Numbered from the stretch's first letter, positions 19,723 to 27,052 are shown. The stretch is DNA of 64,000 nucleotides from an uncultured Mycoplasma sp. (GCA_946500895.1 CAMMXG010000002.1:6574-70573), one strand, 5' to 3'. A program made the numbers and translations. Notes: generated by a model from the sequence alone, not told the origin.

Positions 19723-20074
19723 TCACCAGTTTTTCAATTCCTTCTAATATTTGAAGCAACTCGCTTTCATCTTTTTCTTCCAATTTTAATTCAATATTAT
19801 GAATTAAATTTTGAACAACTATTTTGTCTTTAGATTTTGCTAAATAAAAAGCATATTTATTTAAATCTTTAAAATCTTTTGTTATATTCTCGCCAATAAT
19901 CTTATAATTAATTTTTTTTGCTTCCAAAATATTTATTACTTTATTAATTGCATTACTTGGAAAGCCTACTTTCCTATCTATTACTTTATAATCTAATAAA
20001 TAATGCAATATGAAAGCATCATCATCAAATACTTGATAAAATAAACCCATTTTTCTAATTGTTACAAATTTCAT
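19715..20074 (-). CDS. MutS-domain-I-like small protein (MSL2), DGR accessory candidate
   Basis: 119 aa. VTIRKMGLFYQVFDDDAFILHYLLDYKV..RKVGFPSNAINKVINILEAKKINYKII resembles the MutS mismatch-binding domain (GDFYE..DA....L......G.P......L...G..V). Overlaps the avd start by 8 nt. Confidence 0.5.
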   Translation of the reverse strand: MKFVTIRKMGLFYQVFDDDAFILHYLLDYKVIDRKVGFPSNAINKVINILEAKKINYKIIGENITKDFKDLNKYAFYLAKSKDKIVVQNLIHNIELKLEEKDESELLQILEGIEKLVNE

Positions 20075-20227
20075 TTTAATTCCTTTCTTAATATATAGTA
20101 CTAGGAAAGTGACGTATCACTTTCCATCTATATATGTTATTCAAGGCTAAGCCTTAGGATAAGTAATGTTTTCTAACATACACAAATTATAGTCTTAACC
20201 ATAAAATCCCGATTATTAGAAAGCTCT
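20075..20227 (-). ncRNA. Candidate DGR RNA spacer (Sp-like) 3' of the TR, with two hairpins
   Basis: Non-coding. GGAAAGTGA-cgta-TCACTTTCC (20104-20125, 9-bp stem) and AAGGC-taa-GCCTT (20143-20155). No U-run follows either hairpin on the minus strand. Confidence 0.4.
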
Positions 20228-20329
20228 AGGACGGACCCCGTTCGAGTTGTTCGCATTGTTGTTGTTGTTCACATAACCAGTATTGTTCACATTGAAGACG
20301 TTGTTCGAATTCGACGAGTTCGGTTTTTT
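20228..20329 (-). repeat. DGR template repeat (TR)
   Basis: Non-coding. The minus strand reads (AAAAAA)CCG AAC TCG TCG AAT TCG AAC AAC GTC TTC AAT GTG AAC AAT ACT GGT TAT GTG AAC AAC AAC AAC AAT GCG AAC AAC TCG AAC GGG GTC CGT CCT, with 15 AAY codons in the VR frame. The 5' limit (20323 versus 20329) is uncertain. Confidence 0.9.
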
Positions 20330-20337
20330 ACTAATAC

Positions 20338-20631
20338 TTACCCTACAATTTTATTTAATATTTTTCTAATTGTTTCTAAATAAAAATATTTATTATACTG
20401 ATTATTTTCATCAGCATATTTACTTATAATATCTAAATTATCTAATATTAGATAATTAATATGTTTTTCTTGTAGTTGATGCTCTATATTCACATTTGTC
20501 TTTAAATGTTTTAGTATGAGAGCATCAATACCATAAGAAACATATTTTCCTTTTCTTATAATTACCACAAGGTATTCTTGATGTTTTTTCTTAGCAATGT
20601 AATATCTATTATATATTCCCACATTTACCAC
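20338..20631 (-). CDS. MutS-domain-I-like small protein (MSL1), paralog of MSL2
   Basis: 97 aa. LVVIIRKGKYVSYGIDALILKHL...EKHINYLIL aligns with VTIRKMGLFYQVFDDDAFILHYL...KKINYKII of MSL2. Stop lies 8 nt before the TR. The start may be GTG at 20622 (better spacing to AGGAAG). Confidence 0.45.
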   Translation of the reverse strand: MVNVGIYNRYYIAKKKHQEYLVVIIRKGKYVSYGIDALILKHLKTNVNIEHQLQEKHINYLILDNLDIISKYADENNQYNKYFYLETIRKILNKIVG

Positions 20632-20656
20632 TTCCTACCTGTGGATAAGTGGCGCC

Positions 20657-20688
20657 GGCTCGGGAAGACTTCCCTCTTCCTGCGAGCC
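20657..20688 (-). other. GC-rich hairpin 4 nt downstream of the DGR target stop codon
   Basis: Plus strand GGCTCG-GGAAG-a-CTTCC-ctcttcctg-CGAGCC, preceded by the palindromic GGCGCC. No U-run on the minus strand, so not an obvious terminator. Striking in AT-rich surroundings. Confidence 0.5.
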
Positions 20689-20691
20689 TTA

Positions 20692-21912
20692 TCACACCTC
20701 CAAAGTGTATGGACTATTACTAGTTCCATCACCTCCTGAGATTTTCACATTCGATGTTAGATATACCGAAGGACGGACCCCGCCCGAGCCGCTCGCACTG
20801 CCGTTGCTGTACACAAAACCAGTAGAGTACACATCGAAGACACTGCTCGAACCCGACGAGCTCGGCGTAAGTGTCCATTGATAAGTACTGCTATCATAGA
20901 GCCAGTCATTGTTCTTGCAATCGCTAAAACTTGATGAATCCCAATCGTACAACTCTTTTGCTAAACATGCATCCCTATTTGTGGTTGAACCACCACTTGT
21001 GGCATATCCATAATCACTTGGATACATTAAAGCTACTTTCCCACTCCATGTTGTTGGTCTTCCACTATATACTGTTGTTCCTCTTTCATATCCATAAAAA
21101 TGACTTGCTAGTCCATTCCTGGAACTTGTATAACTTGCTGTTCCACCAAGTTTCCATGTTACCGTTTCAATCATATTTCTTGCTGTATCACTTTTTATCC
21201 CAGTACTAGCATAGCTTCCACTTCCATTTAAATAATCCCCATTCAATGTTGTTTGTAAACTGGCTGTGTACCAATCATTTACGGTACCACTATCCCAAGC
21301 AATACTACCTAATGATTCGCTTCTTATTATTTTAATTAATTTTTGTCCACTTACACCATGAGTATCTTCACTAAATACACCAATAATTCTCCATAATTCA
21401 TCATTAAACAAAACATAATTGTTTGGATCTGCTCCTATATATCTTAAATTATTTGCTTCATCATATGCTAACATGTTTGGATTAGTGTTATAAGCTTCTT
21501 CTATTACATCTACTGCTGGCGTTCCTTTTGATTCTTCAAAATACAGGGTACATTTAGTGCCCTTGGTTGTATAAGGAGCAATCGTAAATGTTTTGGTATC
21601 ACTATCATAGTTTAATGTTAAATTTTGAATTGTGCTACCATCTTTATAGGTACAGGTACTTTGAGTGGTATCTAGTGTATAGTTTTTAGAACTATCTAAT
21701 TCTTCTGATGCTACTCCATCAATGTATAGTGCTACAATATTTAGATCTGCCAAGCTATAATTGATTGTTCCATTTACTAAAGGTATTGATTGTGTCACTC
21801 GGTATTTTGCTCTGGTAAAATTTAGTACTACGGCACTAATAATTAGTACTGCTACTACTCCTATCATAATATTTCTTTTTAAATGGCTTTGTTTTAAAGT
21901 TTCGAACTCCAT
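20692..21912 (-). CDS. DGR target: membrane-anchored surface protein with C-terminal variable region (paralog family member 1)
   Basis: 406 aa with an N-terminal anchor (IMIGVVAVLIISAVVLNF). The C-terminus ...QWTLTPSSSGSSSVFDVYSTGFVYSNGSASGSGGVRPSVYL... is encoded by the VR. Shares family motifs with the ORFs at 30834, 41300, 55426 and 57156. Confidence 0.85.
   Translation of the reverse strand: MEFETLKQSHLKRNIMIGVVAVLIISAVVLNFTRAKYRVTQSIPLVNGTINYSLADLNIVALYIDGVASEELDSSKNYTLDTTQSTCTYKDGSTIQNLTLNYDSDTKTFTIAPYTTKGTKCTLYFEESKGTPAVDVIEEAYNTNPNMLAYDEANNLRYIGADPNNYVLFNDELWRIIGVFSEDTHGVSGQKLIKIIRSESLGSIAWDSGTVNDWYTASLQTTLNGDYLNGSGSYASTGIKSDTARNMIETVTWKLGGTASYTSSRNGLASHFYGYERGTTVYSGRPTTWSGKVALMYPSDYGYATSGGSTTNRDACLAKELYDWDSSSFSDCKNNDWLYDSSTYQWTLTPSSSGSSSVFDVYSTGFVYSNGSASGSGGVRPSVYLTSNVKISGGDGTSNSPYTLEV
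20770..20871 (-). repeat. DGR variable repeat (VR)
   Basis: Over 20771-20865 versus TR 20229-20323 (95 nt) I count 21 differences. Twenty are at TR adenines of the minus strand (20 of 32 A positions) and one is C->T (TR 20300 / VR 20842). The other 62 non-A positions are identical. Confidence 0.9.
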
Positions 21913-21971
21913 TCTTCTTCTCTTCCTTCCTTTTTGGCATCATATCACATTTTAATAGATAATACATGGTA

Positions 21972-21991
21972 TTCGACAAACGTTGTCAAAA
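21972..21991 (-). promoter_or_regulatory. Conserved TTCGACAAA-N-TTGTCAAAA motif (copy A) upstream of the DGR target gene
   Basis: Plus strand ttcgacaaacgttgtcaaaa. The minus strand reads TTTTGACAACGTTTGTCGAA, that is a TTGACA -35-like hexamer inside an imperfect palindrome, 60-80 nt upstream of the ATG at 21912. Confidence 0.5.
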
Positions 21992-22187
21992 CTTTTCAAT
22001 TTCTTTCTACTATGTTTTTCTATGATATATTTTTACTATACATTATTATTGAGTGATTGTCAATTATTTTGTAATTTTATTTTTATATTTTGTTATATTT
22101 ATTTACTTTTTATTCCTTATCACTATGTGTAGTTCTCTGTTTTAATATTTTGTGTAAAAATGATTACATAAGAAAGAGAGTTTTAAG

Positions 22188-22646
22188 ATGATGAGACTAA
22201 AAAAGGTAAGAATATATGCTGATTTAAAGCAAAGAGAAGTTGCGGAAATTCTAGGAGTATCTAGGAACAGTTATAACATGTGGGAAAGAGAAAATGATTT
22301 AATTCCATTAAGACAATTAGATAAGTTTTGTAATATCTTTCATGTATCACTAGATTATGTTTTAGGCTTCACTGATGTTTGGGAATATGAAAATAGTAAA
22401 AGAATTGATCCTAAATTACTTGCTAAAAGAATTAAAAGAATTAGACGCGAAAATGATTTGACTCAAGATGAGCTTGCTAAAATTCTTAATATTACTCGTT
22501 CTTCTATTAGTAAATATGAAAATGGCATTAATCTTGCTCTTACGAGTTATATTATAGGCTTTTGTAAATATTTTCATGTTTCGGCTGATTTTGTAACTGG
22601 TAAAATTGAAGAAGAAATTAAATTGGAAGTAGGAGTTAAAAATTAG
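22188..22646 (+). CDS. XRE-family regulator with two tandem HTH domains
   Basis: Two Cro/C1-type HTH units (LKQREVAEILGVSRNSYNMWE and LTQDELAKILNITRSSISKYE). Divergent from the DGR target gene. Confidence 0.8.
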   Translation: MMRLKKVRIYADLKQREVAEILGVSRNSYNMWERENDLIPLRQLDKFCNIFHVSLDYVLGFTDVWEYENSKRIDPKLLAKRIKRIRRENDLTQDELAKILNITRSSISKYENGINLALTSYIIGFCKYFHVSADFVTGKIEEEIKLEVGVKN

Positions 22647-22683
22647 AATTTGTTCTAATTTTTTTGTGCCATATTTTACCACT

Positions 22684-22712
22684 TGTTTTTGTACTATTGT
22701 TCGTTTATAATT
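22684..22712 (+). promoter_or_regulatory. Candidate promoter (TTGTTT-N17-TATAAT) with a LexA/Cheo-box-like GTAC-N4-GTTC in the spacer
   Basis: ttgttt (22684-22689), gtactattgttc (22692-22703) and tataat (22707-22712). One mismatch to GAAC-N4-GTTC. Confidence 0.35.
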
Positions 22713-22717
22713 AAATT

Positions 22718-23989
22718 ATGGTGATGCATATGGATACGGTTTATTTACACAGACATTTTTTGTGTATTGATTTAAAAAGTTTTTTTGCTAGTTGTGAATG
22801 TATTGAAAGAGGACTCAATCCTTTTACTTATCCTTTAGTGGTTGCGAATCCTACTCAAGGTAATGGTGCCATTACTCTAGCTGTTAGTCCTTATCTAAAA
22901 ACGAAAGGTGTTCCCTCTCGAGGACGACTTTATCAAATACCAAAACACATTCAATATACCATTGCTAAACCAAGAATGAATCTTTATTTAGCTAAATCCA
23001 AAGAAGTTGTTTCCATATATTTAAAATATGTTTCCAAAGATGATTTACATATTTATTCGATTGATGAATGTTTCTTAGATGTTACGGATTATTTAAAAAT
23101 GTATGGAAAAACAGATTATGAACTAGCTTTAGATATTTTAGAAGATGTTAAAGCATCTACTGGGTTATGTGCTACTTGTGGGATTGGGCCTAACATGTTA
23201 CTTGCCAAAATTAGTATGGATATTGAAGCAAAACATAATGATGATTTTATTGCTAAATGGGATTATGATGATATTCCAACTAAATTATGGAGTATTGCTC
23301 CCCTATCCAAAGTTTGGGGAATTGGTCCTAGGATGGAAGCTAATTTAAACAAAATGGGTATTTACTCTATGTACGATTTAGCTCACTATGACCGCCATAA
23401 ATTAAAACAAAGATTTGGCGTAATTGGTTTAGAATTATGGAACCATGCAAATGGCATTGATTTAAGTCGAATTGGCGATATGGGAAAGATAGAAGATAAA
23501 TCTTATTCTCATAGTCAAGTATTATTTAAAGATTATAATGGGAACAATATTAAAATTATTATTCGGGAGATGGTGGAAGTAATAGCTATTCGCCTTCATA
23601 AAAATCATAAAACAACTTCTATTATTGGTCTTGGAATTGGATATTCTAAAAGTGTGGGTGGTGGATTTTTTCATCAAATCAAACTGAATAATCCAACTGA
23701 TGTAGAACAAGCTATTTTAGCCAATTGTCTTATGATTTTTGATAAGTTTTATGAGGGACTACCCATTCGTAAAGTTACTATCTCTTGTGGCGAGCTAAAA
23801 GATAAAACAGGAGTACAATTAAATATCTTTGATGAAGTAGAAAAAATAAAAGAGCAAGAACAAATAAATCAAGCTATTTTAGATATTAAAGATAAATATG
23901 GAAAGAATGCCCTTTTAAAAGCTTCAAGTTTACTTAACGATTCTACTATCCATGAGAGAAACAAAAAGATTGGAGGTCATAACGCATGA
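22718..23989 (+). CDS. Y-family (translesion) DNA polymerase, UvrX/YqjW/UmuC-like
   Basis: FLCIDLKSFFASCE and SIDECFLDV catalytic motifs; 423 aa. Followed by a YolD-like gene, as in the Bacillus uvrX-yolD and yqjW-yqjX pairs. Confidence 0.9.
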   Translation: MVMHMDTVYLHRHFLCIDLKSFFASCECIERGLNPFTYPLVVANPTQGNGAITLAVSPYLKTKGVPSRGRLYQIPKHIQYTIAKPRMNLYLAKSKEVVSIYLKYVSKDDLHIYSIDECFLDVTDYLKMYGKTDYELALDILEDVKASTGLCATCGIGPNMLLAKISMDIEAKHNDDFIAKWDYDDIPTKLWSIAPLSKVWGIGPRMEANLNKMGIYSMYDLAHYDRHKLKQRFGVIGLELWNHANGIDLSRIGDMGKIEDKSYSHSQVLFKDYNGNNIKIIIREMVEVIAIRLHKNHKTTSIIGLGIGYSKSVGGGFFHQIKLNNPTDVEQAILANCLMIFDKFYEGLPIRKVTISCGELKDKTGVQLNIFDEVEKIKEQEQINQAILDIKDKYGKNALLKASSLLNDSTIHERNKKIGGHNA

Positions 23990-24294
23990 TTGACCGTGGT
24001 TTTGTAAAATGGCAACCTTTTAATAGTATTACACCCCTTAAAGATACGATTGCTGACATTGAAAATAAAGAAAAAGATACCAGACCAATTTTATTTCCCG
24101 AAGAAGCAAATGCAATTAGTGAAGCTTTAATTGATGCTTATTATAGTAAAGAAGTTATTTCTATTACTTATTATGAAGCTGGAAAGATAAATACAATTAC
24201 AACTACTGTAAAAAAAATAAATCCAAACTCAAAAACGATTGAGCTTGGATCTAGTAAAATTATTTCTTTTAAGCAAATTGTACATATTTCTTAA
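23986..24294 (+). CDS. YolD-like protein
   Basis: 102 aa, MIDRGFVKWQPFNSI... 4-nt overlap with the polymerase gene. Confidence 0.65.
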   Translation: MIDRGFVKWQPFNSITPLKDTIADIENKEKDTRPILFPEEANAISEALIDAYYSKEVISITYYEAGKINTITTTVKKINPNSKTIELGSSKIISFKQIVHIS

Positions 24295-25166
24295 TCCCTA
24301 TAAACATAATAATATAACCAGTTATGATATAAAAGAGTAGCAGTTGCATGCCATGAATAAATTGGTTCTTTATCTGGATCATTATCTTTATAGTAATTAC
24401 AAGGAGGATCTATTTTTAATCCCTTATTAATATCTCTTCGATATTCTTTATCAAGAGTATATAAATCATATTCCGCATGTCCTGTTAAAAACACTCTTTT
24501 TTTATCTTTTGACTCCACAATATATACACCTGATTCGTTTGATTTACTAGTTAAAATTAAATCTTTTCTAGCAGACACTTCCCCTTCTATAATGCTACAA
24601 TATCTGGATTGAGGAATTAAAAAATAGTCATTGAATCCTTTCGTTAAGTCAGTTTCTTTTACAATGTAATGTTCATATAATCCCGATAATTTTTCAGGTA
24701 AATTATAACGATTAATACCATAAAAATATTGAAGACCAAATTGAGATGCCCAACATAAGAAGCATGTTGATCTAACATGACTCTTGGTATACTTGAAAAA
24801 CTCTTTTAATTCTTCAATATAATCAATATCATGATAATTGATATGCTCTAAAGGCGCCCCTGTTACAATCATACCATCATAATCATCACTTTTGATTTCA
24901 CTAAATGATTTATAATATTTTTCGTAATATTCTTTTTTATCATCATCTACTTTTTTCGTATCTAAATAAATAAAATCTAATTCTACTTGAAGCAGTTTGG
25001 TGTCTAAGGCTTCAATTAGTTGCCTTTCTGTGTCTTCTAGCGTTGGCATTAAATTTAGAATTCCTACTTTTACGTAGGGTTTTTCTTTATTTATCTTAGA
25101 AATAAAAGTCACTTTATTTTTTATTTTAGAAGCTATTTCTAATTTTTTCTTTAAATATATAGCCAT
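24291..25166 (-). CDS. metA: Homoserine O-acyltransferase (MetA family)
   Basis: VGILNLMPTLEDTERQLI and the downstream MetA-like layout; 291 aa. Confidence 0.8.
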   Translation of the reverse strand: MAIYLKKKLEIASKIKNKVTFISKINKEKPYVKVGILNLMPTLEDTERQLIEALDTKLLQVELDFIYLDTKKVDDDKKEYYEKYYKSFSEIKSDDYDGMIVTGAPLEHINYHDIDYIEELKEFFKYTKSHVRSTCFLCWASQFGLQYFYGINRYNLPEKLSGLYEHYIVKETDLTKGFNDYFLIPQSRYCSIIEGEVSARKDLILTSKSNESGVYIVESKDKKRVFLTGHAEYDLYTLDKEYRRDINKGLKIDPPCNYYKDNDPDKEPIYSWHATATLLYHNWLYYYVYRD

Positions 25167-25239
25167 TTTTACACCTCTTTCATAGGTAAATTCTATTATA
25201 TCAAAAAGATTACTTGTTCTCTTAATTTTATGTTCAACT

Positions 25240-25554
25240 TTACATTTTATTGCTCATCACTTGTAAAATTAAATCATAATTGTCATCATTAGCCATTTTA
25301 TTTTTCTTTATCATTCCACATTTATCACAACGATAAATAATTTTCATCGTATCTTTTTTTCCTTTTTCTACGCCAATTGGCTTTAATATACCAAGACATT
25401 TGCATAATCTATCGCCAGGATAGTCATCAATGTGGATGCTACATAAACAATTTGGACAGTGATCACGTGCTGTGTAAGATAATGGATTTACGTGAGTTCC
25501 ACAAACAACACAATCAAATTCTTCATCGATCATTTTAAATTTTTTGGTATCCAT
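25240..25554 (-). CDS. RNHCP-domain zinc-ribbon protein
   Basis: CVVCG...ARDHCPNCLCSIHIDD...YRCDKCG. Confidence 0.6.
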   Translation of the reverse strand: MDTKKFKMIDEEFDCVVCGTHVNPLSYTARDHCPNCLCSIHIDDYPGDRLCKCLGILKPIGVEKGKKDTMKIIYRCDKCGMIKKNKMANDDNYDLILQVMSNKM

Positions 25555-25562
25555 AAAAGCCT

Positions 25563-26537
25563 CTAATTAAACTTAAATATTTTCCGAGCTAGACGGTATC
25601 CAGGAATAGATATGAAACGTGGTAATTTGGTAAGTTTAGCTATCTTTATTTTCTTTAATACTCTTTTATTTTTAGTTTCTAAATAGTTCCATAAATCTTT
25701 TATTTTTTCATCTGCTTCTTTGGTTTTGGCAAGCTTACATAAAATGGTTGAAACCGTCATCATAATATCTAAATAATGAATTAAATATTCTTGCAAATTT
25801 TTAGGTTCTATTTCAAGGGGATCAAAAAAATCAATCATCAACTTCGTAACTTTTATTTGTTGATCTAAGCGACTTACCATCACACTTTCATTGACAGATT
25901 GATCACTTCTGCCAATAAAATAACGATAGAATGGAACATTTAAGTAATACATTTTCTTAATATGAGGTAGAGGATAATAAACAAAAATATTATCAACATA
26001 GAAAGTATGCTCTGGTAATTTTAAGTTTATTTCTTTTAAAATGCTTGTTTTATAAATTACCGAATGCATTAATAAATACTGGCTCACTTTAAATCTTTTT
26101 ACTTCATCCCAACTAAATATTTTATTTTCAGGTATGATATTACCATATCCCATTTCTTTTGGATTGTCCTCTTTTTCATAAACATAATTTACAACTAACA
26201 TGTCTACATCTATCTTTTTTAGAGTTTTAATTACTTTTTTTAAAGATTTCTCATCTACCCAATCATCACTATCTACTACTTTGAAATATTTACCGGTTGC
26301 AGAAGCAAGTCCGGCATTAACCCCACTTCCATGTCCACCGTTTTCTTTATCAATCACTTTTACTACTTTAGGATATTTCTTTTCGTATTCTCTCGCAATC
26401 TTTAAAGTTTTATCTTTAGATCCATCATTGACAATAATTAATTCAATGTCTTCTTTGGCAACTAAAATGGAATTAATCGCATGTTCCATATAGCTTTCCG
26501 AATTATAGCATGGAATAACAAAGGAAATTAATTTCAT
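25563..26537 (-). CDS. Family 2 glycosyltransferase
   Basis: VIPCYNSESYMEHAINSIL, NDGSKD and DSDD motifs. Confidence 0.85.
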   Translation of the reverse strand: MKLISFVIPCYNSESYMEHAINSILVAKEDIELIIVNDGSKDKTLKIAREYEKKYPKVVKVIDKENGGHGSGVNAGLASATGKYFKVVDSDDWVDEKSLKKVIKTLKKIDVDMLVVNYVYEKEDNPKEMGYGNIIPENKIFSWDEVKRFKVSQYLLMHSVIYKTSILKEINLKLPEHTFYVDNIFVYYPLPHIKKMYYLNVPFYRYFIGRSDQSVNESVMVSRLDQQIKVTKLMIDFFDPLEIEPKNLQEYLIHYLDIMMTVSTILCKLAKTKEADEKIKDLWNYLETKNKRVLKKIKIAKLTKLPRFISIPGYRLARKIFKFN

Positions 26538-27052
26538 AACTTTACACCACTTTTCTTTAAATATTTTACGGCTTGTAGCATCTCACCTGTTACAATTTTA
26601 TTTATTTCTAAATTACCTGGATTATGCTTTAAATATTTTTTTAAATCTTTTACTTTAATATAATTTAAAGTAAAATCCCCATCTCGTTCTTGATCATCAA
26701 GACGAACGTTTTCTAAATTATATACTTCATCTGTCAAAATATAATAATAATATATTTCAATACTACGATTGTTCCCTTTTACGGGATAATCTTTTAAAAA
26801 GTATTTTAGACAAAAGAAAGGTGTGTATTCGCCATTTAAGACAATTCCTGTTTCTTCTAACACTTCCCTTTTTAAACCATCATTTAAACTTTCGCCTGCT
26901 TCTAAATGTCCGCCTGGAAATTGAATTGTGGTATAAGCACTAGCAAGCAATATTTCTTTTTTACTATTAATTAGAAGTGCTTTTACCCGAATTACTTTAT
27001 CATTAATATCTTCTTCTTTTATATGATCATAATTAATTATTTTTGTTTTCAT
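26534..27052 (-). CDS. NUDIX hydrolase
   Basis: Nudix box GGHLEAGESLNDGLKREVLEETGI. Start is ATG 27052 (MKTKIINYD) or GTG 27061. Confidence 0.8.
   Translation of the reverse strand: MKTKIINYDHIKEEDINDKVIRVKALLINSKKEILLASAYTTIQFPGGHLEAGESLNDGLKREVLEETGIVLNGEYTPFFCLKYFLKDYPVKGNNRSIEIYYYYILTDEVYNLENVRLDDQERDGDFTLNYIKVKDLKKYLKHNPGNLEINKIVTGEMLQAVKYLKKSGVKL

Larger units (their letters stand above)
18342..21912 (-). mobile_element. Diversity-generating retroelement cassette: target gene(VR) - MSL1 - TR - spacer - MSL2 - avd - RT
   Basis: See the component features. TR and VR align at a constant offset of 542 nt with adenine-specific differences. All components are co-oriented with short or overlapping junctions. 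Confidence 0.9.

Noticed and set aside
20324-20329. The A6 run (coding strand) as part of the TR.
   Set aside because: All six positions are TR adenines facing VR CTTACG. This is compatible with mutagenesis but carries no positive evidence of homology. It is left as an uncertain boundary.
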